Program-made: the position numbers and the translations under genes
The notes under the pieces: generated by a model
Told to the model about the DNA's origin: nothing
The model's database searches: none
Seen by the model: the letters and a program-made list of their open reading frames with translations, nothing else
Shown here: in pieces, positions 23,564-36,752 of the stretch
Position numbering within the stretch: position 1 is the first letter of the stretch
Layout: the number at the start of each line of letters is the position of its first letter
Assembly (NCBI GenBank): GCA_010093995.1
Contig: ML992501.1
Coordinates: 830,945 to 894,944, forward strand
Direction of reading: 5' to 3'
Origin: Elsinoe ampelina
Taxonomy: Eukaryota
Length of the DNA stretch: 64,000 nt

Positions 23564-24709
23564 CTATGCAGACTTCTTTGCGACCTTGTTGAAGTCGAGC
23601 TTCTTCTCCATCGCTCGTCCAATGAGATATGTGAACCATTCAGGCATGAAGCGAGCCTTCTTGATGAGGTTGGTCTGGTGTCCGATTACGAGCTTTCCAC
23701 CTCTGCGGTTCAGAATGCTGGGAACATTAGATCATCAATCGAGTAGCCAAACAGCTAGCGACCTACTTTTGTACTACGGCGTCGGACACAATTTGAGGGT
23801 CCATGATCTTCTGTCCACCTTTCAGAAGCTCAGGTGTGTAAGGAGCGACCATTGCTGTAGCTGCCCACAGGGGATGGACAATGGTAGTCTTGATCTCTGG
23901 ACACTTGTGCACGGCACGGAGCTCAGCAGCAAGTCCTTCATGGAATGCGAGTACAGCACTCTTGCATGCGCAATAGTCGACCATGCTGCTGAGGTCAGTG
24001 CGAGGTCACTGTGGCTGAGAGGTACTCACGAAGGGTTGCTGATGAACGAAGCCATGCTTGCTATCGACACGACATGACCCTTCTTCTTCTCGATCATGTG
24101 TGGTAGGAATTGCTGACAGAGATACCAGTGGGACAGGATGTTGACGCCAAAAATCTTTTGCAGATGTTGTGGAGGAGTATTCACGATCAAATGGTTGCCA
24201 GCGATACCAGCATTGTTGATGAGGATAGATGGGTGGCCCACCGTGTCTTTGATCTTTGTCGCGGTTTCGCGGACGGCTTCGGCATCAGTCACGTCGCACT
24301 TGAAGAACGTGAACCGCTTGTTTGATAGCAGATCCTGTGGTGCATCGTTGACGTCTATGCCGACGACATGGATCCCCTTGGCCGTCAGATCCTGCGTGAA
24401 GAGCTTACCGAAGCCAGACGAGGCTCCAGTCACGACGGCGATCTCCTGGCTCCAGATCCATTTCTCTTTTGGTTCAGAGTGGTAGTTATTCAATGCCAGC
24501 TCGTTGAGAGTGCCATTCGTGTAGCTGACAGATTTCGCAATAAAGATCCATTTCAGTGTGGTGATCAGGTTCTTAATCTGCTGCGGTGACAAGTAGGCGC
24601 TCAGTCGCTGTAGTAGAGGATCTCGAATGTGGTCAGGTGAGAGGCTCAACAGATAGAATGATGCGCCTGCCACAATTGGCGTCAATGGCAGTGAGCGGAA
24701 CCAGGACAT
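23564..24709 (-). CDS. Short-chain dehydrogenase/reductase (retinol-DH/17bHSD11-like)
   Basis: TGASSGFG, INNAG, SIASMAS, YCACK; two introns. Confidence 0.92.
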
Positions 24710-25006
24710 GACGGAAGATGGAGAATGACAGGAACACGGATGCCTAGATGTGAGATACCGCGTCTATTATAACACACGTGAGACCCAGACTTGGACCTCT
24801 TGAGGCCCCCAAAGCTGACCCGTTGAGCGGGCAGAGTTTAACAACGAGACCGAGGGCAAGAGGGGTTGTTTCGTTGTTTCTGGGGAAAGCTCCCGTCAAA
24901 ACATGGGAGATCGACGCCCCGAACCACGTCGGAATTTTCAGCTCAAACAAGCAAAAAGCTTCAGAACCAAAAATATCCGAAACTATTCATCCTCATCCAC
25001 ACCTCA

Positions 25007-26758
25007 ATGAGCCGAGGCACGCAACTCGCAGCCCGCACGCTATACTTCGGGACTCTGTCGACGCCTCGATTGCTCACTACTGGGAGATTCGTGTGCCAAA
25101 CATGGTCACGCAGGTCTCAAGTGCCCCAGAGGCACCAATACTCGACCACCGCGATAGAAAACCTCGCCAACGACGATAATGTGCCTGTGACTTGGCCATC
25201 GACGACTCCCGAGCCGTCCGAGGAAAGACGACTTGACCCGTCACCAGACGATTATACGCTTTCGCCATTCACTGATGAATGCACTCTGACTGTACAAGCC
25301 GGCGCAGGAGGTCATGGCTGCATCAGCTTCCTTCGAGAAAAGTTCATTCCGGATGGCCCAGCCAACGGCGGCGACGGTGGCACTGGAGGCAGCGTCTTCA
25401 TTCAAGCTGTCAGAGGCGAGACATCACTCCATAAATTGGCTCGAAGGGGTATGCTCAGAGCAGGACGAGGGAAGAACGGCAAGGGCAAGGGCAGAGGGGG
25501 CGAAAGAGGCGAAGACATCTTGATACAGGTCCCGGTAGGCACAATTGTGAGAGAGCTTTCCAGACAAGACCCTGTGGCCGAAGAGCTTGCTATGCGCAAG
25601 AGGGCGAAAGGCTTCGGGGCAGACTCCAAGGCCACGGATGCAGACGGAGAAGATCAGACCTCTAAATGGAGGAGGGACAAGTGGTTGTTATACCCAGGCG
25701 GCCTACCCAAGTGGTTCACATCCGCCGACTTTCCAGCACTACCGCGACCACGGCGATCAAATCTCAGTGCTAGTCAGCCCACGGCGCCCATGCGGATCGA
25801 CCTTGATTCACCCATGGACAGTCCGATGCTACTTGCCGCTGGGGCCGTAGGAGGATTAGGCAATCCTCACTTTGTGACAAAGAACATTGGACGGCCGAAA
25901 TACGCCACCAAGGGCGACGATGGCATGACGATACAACTGCAATTGGAGCTCAAGCTAATCGCTGACGTTGGACTGGTCGGGCTACCCAACGCTGGAAAGA
26001 GTACATTGCTACGGGCACTGACCAGAAGTCGAGCACGGGTCGGGGACTGGGCATTCACCACTCTGCAGCCCAACGTTGGGACTGTCATCTTGGACGACTT
26101 CAAGGCGAGACCATTCCATCAAGCTCTACGCTCAGGCACCGAAGTCAGGGAAAGCTTCACCATAGCGGATATTCCCGGTCTCATTGAAGGCGCACATCTC
26201 GACAAGGGCCTTGGTCTGGGTTTCTTGCGCCACGTCGAACGAGCAGGAGTATTGGCTTTTGTCGTCGACCTCTCCAAGGATGATGCCGTAGAGACACTCA
26301 AGTCACTGTGGGCCGAAGTCAGCCAGTATGAGCGCCTTCGAGAGGTGCAGCTGTCTTCGGAAACACAGAGGCGTCTCGGATCTGAACGCACTCCAGCTGC
26401 ATTCGACCCCGAGAACCCTTTCGGCAATGATGGAACAGGGCTGGCGGAGCAAGACGAGCCCTCTTTGAACGTTGCTGACCATAAAAAAGGACTGGAACCG
26501 TTGAAATTCCATTCCATCTCAGCCAAACCCTGGCTGGTGATTGCCACCAAAGCTGACCTACCAGAGACTCAGGAGAATTTTCAGCTTCTTCGGAATTATT
26601 TGCACAGCGTGCAAGAGCGGGAAGTCGTCCATCCCAGTGGTCGACGAAACGCGTGGTGCTCTCAACTGAGACTCGTTCCGGTCAGTGCCATCCAGGCACA
26701 GGGTGTCGATCGCGTTGTTCCCGCAATCCTAGACCTCCTTCGCGCAAGGAACATCTGA
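25007..26758 (+). CDS. MTG2: Mitochondrial Obg-family GTPase
   Basis: Gly-rich Obg fold (GGHGCISFLREKF, GGDGGTGG), GLPNAGKST, WAFTTL, DIPGLI, TKAD; Arg/Ser-rich presequence. Confidence 0.93.
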   Translation: MSRGTQLAARTLYFGTLSTPRLLTTGRFVCQTWSRRSQVPQRHQYSTTAIENLANDDNVPVTWPSTTPEPSEERRLDPSPDDYTLSPFTDECTLTVQAGAGGHGCISFLREKFIPDGPANGGDGGTGGSVFIQAVRGETSLHKLARRGMLRAGRGKNGKGKGRGGERGEDILIQVPVGTIVRELSRQDPVAEELAMRKRAKGFGADSKATDADGEDQTSKWRRDKWLLYPGGLPKWFTSADFPALPRPRRSNLSASQPTAPMRIDLDSPMDSPMLLAAGAVGGLGNPHFVTKNIGRPKYATKGDDGMTIQLQLELKLIADVGLVGLPNAGKSTLLRALTRSRARVGDWAFTTLQPNVGTVILDDFKARPFHQALRSGTEVRESFTIADIPGLIEGAHLDKGLGLGFLRHVERAGVLAFVVDLSKDDAVETLKSLWAEVSQYERLREVQLSSETQRRLGSERTPAAFDPENPFGNDGTGLAEQDEPSLNVADHKKGLEPLKFHSISAKPWLVIATKADLPETQENFQLLRNYLHSVQEREVVHPSGRRNAWCSQLRLVPVSAIQAQGVDRVVPAILDLLRARNI

Positions 26759-27356
26759 TGCCTGTACTGTAGAAGCAACTGTCGATCAGATATTACGCCA
26801 AGCATGTGACGAGTCAAGCACTTCTATAGTTGTGACAATGTTTGGTGCAAGTGGTCAAGAGACAAAACCTGTCCAGCGACGTTATCTTCCCGCCTGCACG
26901 GAAACGTCATGTTATGTGGCGCGGATATTCAACTTCCAGACTTCCATACTTCAGCTACCATCCGTTCCTACCGGAGTGTAGGCCGCACCAAGATATCAGG
27001 CGGAGTGTTTGTTCCCTCATGCAGAATGTCCTACGGCTCTCGCGCGGGAAAGGCTGGACTCAGCCGCGTCCGTTGGCCCTGCACCATTCCCTATCCATTC
27101 GCCGTCTTGAGATTAGGTGTCGATCCTGCTGGCCCAATGTGCGCCTGGCCAATCGATCTTCACCAACTGCTCGAGTAACTCACAAGTACATCTAAAGATT
27201 TGCGACGCCATCTCGCCAATTGCGAACGAACACACGCCAAGTGTAGCTGGCCGTCATCTGGCCATAGATGTGTTGTGTGGCTTGAACGACCTCAGCCCTG
27301 ACTCTGCTTCGTTTCCTCAGTCGCAATCATGAATACCAGTCCTTCTCTCATGCGAC

Positions 27357-30300
27357 ATGAAGCCGATGAAAGGTGACGCTGACGAACGAATGCCAGCTGC
27401 CGACCGAGACATGGCGGACGAATCTATCGGGGAATGTGAGGATCCTCGATGCAGCAAAAACACCACCGTCAGCTATTTCTGCGTGGACTGCTCGTCAGAA
27501 TATTGTGCCGACTGCTGGCCACTTCAAGGACCACATCGGCCGAACAAAGTCGGGCGAGATGGCTTGCCACACGAAAAGACCGACGCGAGCATCTTTCGAC
27601 GCTTCCGATCAATTCTCCACCCTTCGGTGGACTCTATCGAGAAGGTCAAGCTCGCGCATGAGCAAGACTCGTCCTCGAAATGGTTCGGCGTCACCAAGGA
27701 CTCGTCCGGACGGCTTAAGTTCGACGACTATGGCAGATACTCCTCCCTGATGTCGTCCTTGCAACACCCGACAGATCACCAACACCGCTATCCGCAGTTG
27801 GTGTCGTTTGTTGGTGTTACCAACGCCGGAAAGAGCACAATCATCAAAATGCTCATTCAGAGGGCTCTGTCATCCCTCGAACACCCTACCAGAGACCAGT
27901 GGGCCTCGCCGCTGGTCGGCGCGGCCATTCACGACAGCGTGCCTACCAGCGGTGACGTCAATCTATACGCTGATCCAAGGACCCACGACAGTGCGCTGCC
28001 AATCCTCCTCGCTGACTGCGAAGGGTTTGAAGGTGGCGAACGACTACCGCTCGGAGCTATGGCACGGTGGCGCATGGAAAAGCAATCAGGTCAGCAGGAC
28101 CACAGTATTGGTGGTAGTGTCGCTTCTTACGGCATCGAGTGGGCCAACACTGAGGACACACGCCAACGAGAGTTTGCAGTCATGAATCTCTATCCTAGAA
28201 TTCTCTACACATTCTCCGATGTCGTTGTCTTCGTCCTTCGAAACCCAAAGACTTTTCAGTCAGCAGTCCTAAATAAGCTATTGGAGTGGGGCGTCGATTC
28301 GCTTGAGAAGAGTATCAATCAGCCTGCACTACCACACGCGATCGTCGTGCTGAATGCTACGGATCCGACTGTTGATGAGCGGGAATGGAATACTTCTTTT
28401 GCGACTCAAAACTTACTTTCATCGGTGAAAGATGCCATCGATGGTCCGGAAGGTGTTCCAAGGCTACAACGACTCGCCGAACACTGGCGCTTCCTTGGCA
28501 AGAGCATTCATACCGTTGAAGACCTTTTGCTCATGTACTACTCCTCGTTTCAAGTGGTCAGGGTACCGAGCAGCAGGTACATGCTCATGGACGAACAAGT
28601 TTCGAAGCTACAGAACATGATAGAGACAAGCTGCGCAAGGAGCTTCCACTCCAAGCGGAAAGCGAGAATGCTTACAGATGGAGATGAGCTGAGCACCTAC
28701 TTCCAAGCCGGCTTCAAACACTTCACGACCCATTTGAATGTTCCATTTGACTTTGTGGAGGTCTCGCTGCGCAACAACCCAATTCCTTCTGACTTTGGCG
28801 GACACATACTACATCTGGCAACGAGGGTCATAGCTGGATTTCGCAAAGATGCTGAGCGGCTTACCTGGTTCTTCGAACGCCTCTCAACCATGTTGGCTTC
28901 CTGTGTCATGCTGGATTGTGTACGATTCAGAAAAGGGAGAATGCCCGATCTATTCAGGAACTACCAGCAGTCAATCGATTGGGCTTTGTCAGAGTTCTTC
29001 GAGATGCATTGGCCGTGTGCTTTCACTCAAGGTAGTAGACGATGCTCTGTCGTCAAAGCTAGGCACATCAAGGGACACCAAGATACTAGTGGGGTCATCG
29101 CATCTGGTGACTACCAGGCCAACGTGTCGCTCGAAAAAGCAGCGCCCAACTTCAACGAGCAGCTGCAGACGGCCATGACGACCTTACAACGAGACTTCGA
29201 TTACGAAGCAGATCAGACCGGCAAAGAAGACGATTTACAAGATCAGCAAGTGGCTCTTTCGCTTCACAAGGACTATCTCCGCCAGTTCTTCACATCTGTT
29301 GGAATCGCTGCGAAGCTCTTCTCTCACTCATCCTGCTTCGTCTGTCTCATGCATGTCCCATCGCATCCACTCCCTTGCGGGCACGTCCTTTGCTCAGCAT
29401 GCGTCAAAGCATTCGGCAAGCCTCATGGGCGATCGACTTTCATCATCTCACACTGCCCCTTGCATGACGAATCTTCTCCCTGGAAGCGGTGGTCTACCAG
29501 TGTTCATATCTATTTCAAGCCAAAGGGCGTGGGTACTCGTGTTTTGGCGTTGGACAGTGGTGGAATCCGTGGGATCGTGCAGCTTGAGATTCTCCGGGAG
29601 ATCGAGGAAGCACTGGGCAACCACATACCGATTGCTTGCTTCGTCGATCTGATCGTTGGCTCGGGAATGGGAGCTGTGATAGCAGCGGCACTTGGTATCC
29701 AGAAGCGACGACTGGCTTCGGAGACGATCGATATGTTCATGGCACTGTGCGATATGACCTACGCCCCACGACTGCAGATCATGCCGCTCATGCGACTAGC
29801 ACAGTTAATGGGAGGAAGCGGTATGTACAAGACCAAGCCAATGCGCGAAGCGCTTGAAATGGCATTCGGCAGTCAACGAAAGGTCTTTGGCGGTACCGAG
29901 TCAAGCCATGACAAGATCAAAGTTGGCATGGCAGCATCGACGGGCGCAGAGCGACAAGGTGTTCTCCTATCAAACTACCACAGATCAGATGCCTCACCGG
30001 GAAATTACAGGTTTGAAAGACCCAACGAGCCGTCATTGGAGATGGATCTCTGGGAGTCACTGGCAGCCGTGACTGCCACACCGGGTTTCTTCAAGCCGTT
30101 TGTGCACGAACAAACACATCGAATGTACTTGGACGCTTCTGCGAACATTCCAAACCCTTCAGCCATAGCCGAAAGGGAGAGGAAGCTAATCTGGCCCGAT
30201 ACAGAGCACTTGGATCCCGATCTCTTCCTCAATCTGGGTGCAGGCCAGAACAGATACCGCATCAGCAACAAGATCAACGAGTACAAAAGCACAAAGCGGC

Positions 30301-31640
30301 CGCCCACAGCCAAGGCGAACAAGACAGGGTTTTTGGCACAGGCGAGCACTCTGCTAGCTACTACCACAAAGGAGGAGGTACTGCAAGCCGAAATCTCCTG
30401 GCTTGCATTCGAGGAGACCCTTCCTGCTTCACTCGATGCTAACGGTAGACACTACATGCGCTTCAATCCTGATCTTGACGAGGACCCACCGGCCATCGAT
30501 GACCGGAGTAAGCTGCGGTCTCTGAGGCAGACGGTTAGGAATCGACTGAAACTGCCACATAGGCAAGCCGCCCTGCAACATCTTGCTCACCGATTGTTTG
30601 CCACCTCGTTCTACTTTGACATGCAGAGCAAAACTGTGAAGTCGGACGGGTCATTCGTTTGCAAAGGTAAGAACGTTCCCCGATCATGGGCACTAGCAAT
30701 ACTAATTTTGGTAGGATCAATACTCGCCCGATACGAGGACGGGTCCGAGTACATCAGCATGATCGGGCGCTTCTTGCAGACACGGTTGACGAGGACCTTC
30801 CAACCGTACTTTTTGGTCCACGCCACAGACTCTAGCGGTTCAATCCAGGTTGGTCCCACACCTGGTAGTTGGGTGCATAATATCCTGACCTCATGATAGA
30901 TTCCAATCCCGAAGATTGTCATCGATACCATGGTCTACAGGAGTCTGTTCGAAATTCGTGACATCGAGATACCTGTGCAAGACGAGTCAAAGCCTACGTA
31001 CATCACAATGTTCTTGTCCGAGCACGAAATCCTCAGTCCTGCCGGTCTGCCAATCTCTGGGTTTCCTCGATGGCTCCTGCTAGACAAATCGCCACGATTG
31101 ATGCAGGACACTTATCTCCCGATCCCGTTCGTGGCGGCCCCACCAGACAGTACAACACGAATGTCGCCTCCTGCAGCCAATGTCTCCCGCAAAACGGTCT
31201 CACCAGACATGACATCTGCCAGTCCGCCATCCTTCCCAAATTTCGAGCAGCTCGGGATCAAGCTCAGCCCTCAACGCAGTCGTGCTTCCCAAGAAGGTCG
31301 TGACCAGGGGGCATCTGATCTTTTTGATTCAAAGACGACATCGCAGAGAACGAATAGGTTCTGGAGCTACATCGGTAATCGGTACATGATGGAGCATAAG
31401 GAGGACTTTACCGACGAGCAACTCCGGAGGTTCGTGGGCAACATGGATCTCCAAGAGAAGAGTAGGGACGATTCCCCTTTTGCTCCGAGCAAGGCCCTTG
31501 CGCCATCACCGCCAATCCCACTGTCTGAAGCAGAGGTGAGCGAGCGGGCCTCATCATCGGAAGTAGACGCCCCTCCCAGGGGGAAGTCCTACACTAAGGC
31601 CTCGAGTCGAGGACAAGGCAGTCCTACCAGCCAGCCATGA
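27357..31640 (+). CDS. Multidomain protein: B-box-like Zn finger + P-loop GTPase + RING-like finger + patatin-like domain
   Basis: CVDC..YCADCW..H..H; GVTNAGKST and ADCEG; CFVC..LPCGHVLCSAC..CPLH; VLALDSGGIRG. Introns 30667-30714 and 30849-30899 join the ORFs. Confidence 0.88.
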
Positions 31641-32764
31641 TATGCCACTTCCGGTTGTGTCAGCCATGCATCCACCACTTCACCGACAATGCTGCTGACA
31701 GGAATGGTCCGCAAAAGACCGAATACAGCGACCAACCACTGCACATATTCATCACACGTACCCCTTCATAGCCGATACCCCATCTTTCGTATGCACCGAT
31801 CACTAAACAATATTATGACAGTTTCACGAATGAAGCATATTTTCACAAATGGAAGTCCAACGATGGGACCTGCATGCCGTGCTTGTGTGCCAATTGTTCC
31901 TTGCAGCAGGTGGCGTCGGGCCGTTTCAATCTAGACCGATTCGCACAGACATTGATATATTCTTGTCACCTTTACACCGCTTCCTTTCTCTTCATCTTCT
32001 GCTTCCGTGACACTACCACAGTCAGCCACTGACAATGCACATTAATCAACCATGATCTTCTCCAGTCGACGATCTCCCCACCTCGATCCCTCGATGGATC
32101 AAGGCCTCACGAGAAAGCTGTCTCAACCTCTCGTCAAAACAAACCGTTTGCCTCTCAACTGCCCGACAACGACTTCACCTTTCCCCATCCAGCACCAATC
32201 TCAATCAATCCGCTGCGACAGACGCCGGCAATTGGGTCATTACCAGAAACAGGCACGTCAAACGGCATCATTCTTTCCTGCGGTCAATCTGGTCCCCGTT
32301 GGATTGACCTGATGCGTCTTGCGTCACGGCAAGCCTCACCTCATCTGTCACCCTGTCGCTCGTACCTGGTAGTACTGGTACCTTCTCGGACCGTTTTGTG
32401 CCTCGCATTTGCTAGCCCACCTCGGTCCGGATCCTCTCGTCTCTCCACTTGTGTCTCTTTCCATCTTTGCGGAAGAGCAGAACGGTCACATGCCAATCCA
32501 ATCTGGCCCTGGTTGATCTGTGCCCTCTGGCCTGCCATGGAGCACCGTTGCATTTGTGGCTTCCACAATGATCCGACTCTATCGTTTCAAACTCGCTAGC
32601 GGCAAGTTGAAGATCGGGAACCAGCCCGTCAGTGATGCTATATCAGGAACATGGTCGCCTGTAGGTCATTCTTCTCTCCTCTCTCCTCTGACATTTCGTT
32701 ACGTCGTGTCCGTCGTCCCGTCAATGAGGTAAAGCTATATCGATCATACGAACAGCCCGCCAAA

Positions 32765-33667
32765 ATGAAGTCGACCACCCTTTGCGTGGCATCGCCGAAC
32801 CCTACGCCATTCATTATTTCGGTGCAGCATGCTCTGCTTCTCGAGCAATCCGAGGGCTTCAGCATCCTAGGCAAGCATTTGGGCAAATCCTTGGGGAACA
32901 AATTCTGCCACGAGCATGCGTGCAAGTCACCCGAGGAGCGTCAGCCATGGCTGATCATTCGGGACATCCTCCACGCTCTCCTCGCACCAGTAGTGGCTCT
33001 CCAAGACCACGCAGCCAACGTCGCCCACGAGTCACTTCAAACTATTCGCGCAGTCGACCTTGAGTACGCCTTTTACGGCAACGCCCGCAACGCCTTCGTC
33101 TGGCTTCAATCCTTCATGGCCAGCGAACTCCCATGGTGTCTCTCCGTCGGCTGCCCCGCCTGCGTAGTCACCCAAGCCCTGGACTCGGAATCCTCCATCC
33201 GCCTACTCATCGCCTCCTGCTTCCTCTCCGACGTCCAATCCTCCACCGACCTCGGCCGCCCCACCCTCCCCTCATTCGACTTCTTCGTCCGCTCCATCAG
33301 CCAAGCCATGGCCGACGACGACCTCTGGGGCCCGGACCAATTCGAACAAGTCGAGCCCAAAGCCATCACGCTGCAAAACGCCATGCAAGACCTCATGTAC
33401 CAGTGCCAGACTATCGAGCTGAACATGACGCCCCCGGACAGCCCGGATAGCGTGGTGAGCATGAACTTCCTCAGTCCGACGGTCGAGGGCATGCCGATCC
33501 GCAGGAGCAGTTTCGCGAGGAAGCAGGCGAATATGTTACGGGAAGAGGCGCAGTGGTTGAGGAGTGTGGTGAAGAATTGCTGGGATACGATTGATCCGGA
33601 GGAATATGGGGAGCAGGTCACGACGGAGTTTGTGAGGAGGATGTCGACTGTGGGCGTTGATGGTTGA
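32765..33667 (+). CDS. Hypothetical fungal protein (WC..GCPAC motif)
   Basis: Long ORF with coding-like codon bias; ATG in CAAAATG context (alternative 32651). Confidence 0.7.
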   Translation: MKSTTLCVASPNPTPFIISVQHALLLEQSEGFSILGKHLGKSLGNKFCHEHACKSPEERQPWLIIRDILHALLAPVVALQDHAANVAHESLQTIRAVDLEYAFYGNARNAFVWLQSFMASELPWCLSVGCPACVVTQALDSESSIRLLIASCFLSDVQSSTDLGRPTLPSFDFFVRSISQAMADDDLWGPDQFEQVEPKAITLQNAMQDLMYQCQTIELNMTPPDSPDSVVSMNFLSPTVEGMPIRRSSFARKQANMLREEAQWLRSVVKNCWDTIDPEEYGEQVTTEFVRRMSTVGVDG

Positions 33668-34297
33668 AGGGGTATTCACTGAGGGGATGAGACAACAAGT
33701 GCGGCGTCAGGCCTGCGGCTTGGTATGAACATGCCGGGTACGTGGTTTGAGCCCAAGCGATACTGGTCACGGTATACTGGTCAGAGGGGCCTATCATATG
33801 ATGGTCCAGTCTGTTGGTAGCTATTGCAATACTCAGGGCAGATTGGCATGAGTGGGTGGGGAGGTAGATGTAGACTACCAATCAGCATAGAATGTCTAGC
33901 ACTACTAGTCGCAACCGAACAAGCAATTGGTCTTTGCCTCAAGCTCTTCGCCAGCAAATCTTGAATAATTAATGCTTTTAGCGATATCGCATGGCGTGCA
34001 ATGGCTGTCGATCTGTCCTTGCGTCGTGGTCAAACCACGCCCACGTGTTGACCATTTCGAGACCCTGATTCGTCCCTGCCCAGTTCTCCTCTTCAATCAA
34101 CCATCACTTTCCATCCTAATGCAGAAGGCGAACAAAAGTTTATGCCATAGCGCATGTAGGACGATCTTCAGGCGGCGGCACTGTGCCGTCAGATCAGCAG
34201 TATGGAAAAACTACATAATGACGTTGGGTCGCCTCAAGAATGGCAGAGACCGCAACTACCACCTCCACCACGACGGCTTTGGGTGACAGTATTGAAG

Positions 34298-35589
34298 ATG
34301 GTAGCATTCACGCTCTCACTACTTGGTGTGTTGATTTTACACAGCTCTACTACTGTAGCCAGGCCGCAAGATGACGTTACTCCGGCACCGACCGAGTTCA
34401 GCTATACAGAGCGAATTGGTAGCCCAAGCAAGACGACATTCAGCATCTCCACAGCCGCGACGGCAAACCCAGTGGCAAGCGGCATAAGCGTCGATGGCGG
34501 CAAGGCCTACATCAAGTACTCTACGGTAGAAGGCTATTTCCTGCAAGACCTCAACACAACCGACCCAGCCACCTTCGACTACGTACATCCCCCTCCCCAC
34601 CCACTCCCCCCACCACTAATCCCCCCTCTCAGACCGCCCAAAACTTTGGCCTCCTCAACCGCACCTACCCCTCAGACACCTGGTTCACCACCCGCTTCCA
34701 GACCCAATGGCAACGCTTCTCCACGCACCTCTCCCAGCTCAACACCCGCTCCCCCCCACACATAACCTACAAACTCCTCTTCCTCGCCCGCCACGGCGAA
34801 GGCACCCACAACAGCGCCGAAACCTTCTACACCACCCCGTCCTGGAACTGCTACTACGCCCAAGCCGACGGCAACAGCACCACCACCTGGGCCGACGCGA
34901 CCCTCACGCCCAGCGGCGAATCCCAGTCGACCCGCGCGAGGAACTACTGGACCCGTCTGCTGAAGGAGCAACGCATCACCCCGCCGGGCAGTTTCTACGT
35001 CTCCCCCCTGACACGGTGTCTGCAGACGGCAGACGAAACCTGGCGGGACGTGCCCTTGCCGGGGCGCCGCCTGTACCGCCCCGTCGTCAAGGAGTTCTTG
35101 CGCGAGGGCATGAGTATCCACACGTGCGACAGGCGCTCGTCGCGCAGTGTCATTCGCGCCAACTTTCCCGGTATGCGCTTCGAGGAGACGTTCGCCGAGA
35201 ACGACACGCTTTGGTCAGGGGTCGTGGCCGAGACGCCCTCGGCCCAGGACTACAGGAGTAAATTGCTCCTGGACGATGTGTGGGGACGGGATCGGGGCCA
35301 GGTGCTTAGTTTCACGAGTCATTCCGGGGAGACGAGGAGTTTGCTCAGGGTGCTGGGGCATGTGCCGTTTAGTTTGAGCACGGGGAGCGTGTTGCCTGTG
35401 CTGGTCAGGGGGGAGAAGGTGAGGGGGAGACTAGGGGAAGTGACGACGGAGCCGTGGAAGGAGAGCGCGTGGTGTACGAATGGGGCGCCGGTGACGAGTG
35501 TGGCGGGGGGTGCGTGTGTTTGTTCGAATGGGGTGGCGCCGACGGCGGTGAGCCCGGGGGTGGTGTTTACTACCAGGCCCGTGAGGTAG
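34298..35589 (+). CDS. PMU1: Secreted histidine phosphatase / phosphoglycerate mutase-like protein
   Basis: Signal peptide, GYFLQD, LARHGEGTHN, WADATLT, SPLTRCLQT, HTCDRRS, TSHSG; intron 34583-34632. Symbol denotes family; may be a paralogue. Confidence 0.88.
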
Positions 35590-35750
35590 AGTTCGTCTAC
35601 AGAGGTTTCATTGGGTATCTATCGTAATGAAGGATCCTTCGCTATGCTATGCTGTATTTGTGCTGTGGTCCAATCGAGCGAAGCCGAGCCGGGGTGTTGT
35701 GTCACTCATCGTGCACGACCGAGGCAAAGTTACAGTACAGAAGTGAAGTG

Positions 35751-36752
35751 TTACCTGTATGACCTCTCATACCCATCGTCACGACGACGATCAGGAGGCC
35801 CGCCACGACCTGGTCGACGGTCCCCATCAACGTCGTCTTCGTATTTGTGCTTCTGCTTAACGGCATCCGCACTCATTTTGGCGCCACTGCCGACGAAGCC
35901 CACTGTGACATGTTAGCGACTGTTACTCAGATGGAGATGGTTCACGTACCTTTGGCCAGAGGATTATCCCCTGTCCTGAACATGCTCTCCTTATTGACAG
36001 CCTTCCCAACCTTGCTGCCAGCACTCTTCTTCTGAAAATCCTGCCAACTGCTCTTCTGCTTCTCCAACGCCTGCGCGACCTTGTTCACTTTCTTCTTCTT
36101 CGGCTTTTCCGCGCCCGGCTTGGCCGCATCCCCATCGCCGTTCGCTTTGAGCTTACTCGCGAGCTCCGGGTCGATGCTTGCAGGCGCCGAAAGCACGCTC
36201 CCGCTCGAAGATGGTGGCACTGCCGGAGGTGGGTTATAGGCTGCGACGGTCTCGTCAGCTTTGCGCTTGAGCGGGTTGGAGTGGGATGTGGAGCGGATCT
36301 GGTGACCGCGGACTGTCTCGGTGCCTTCGTAGCCTTTGAACTTGATCGTGTAGATGGGTGCGGTGGAGCTGCCCATTACCGAGACGATGGTGGCTGGGTA
36401 GAATTGGCCATCGCCTTGGTATTTAGCTGTGACGGTCTCGCCGACCTTGTAGATGCGCTGAGGTTCTTCCGGTTTGCTGGGTGGTGTCGGTGGAGAAGGG
36501 TTTACATTGGAAATTATAGGTGCTGTTTGGTTGTTGCTTAGCTTGGCGATCTTGTCTTCGAGGTCTTTCTTTCGTTCAAGAACCTGTTGTTTGAGTTGGA
36601 TGGCATCTTCGCTGTCGGGAGCCATCTCGAGAATTTCATCGACCTCTCTCAGCTGTGGTAGGATTAGTGAAGATGCTCTAAGCGATACATGCGTGACTTA
36701 CATTGTCCTTTTCCTGGCGCAAGAGCGCTTGTAATTCTCCTAGAGCAGGCAT
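35751..36752 (-). CDS. SPF30: Tudor-domain splicing factor SPF30/SMNDC1
   Basis: N-terminal coiled coil, Tudor (KVGETVTAKY..DGQFYPATI..YTIKFKGY), WQDF..KESMFRT..VGFVGSG; two introns. Confidence 0.88.

Noticed and set aside
12272..24709. Secondary-metabolite cluster (P450, RTA1, SDR)
   Set aside because: No PKS, NRPS, terpene synthase or pathway transcription factor in the window.
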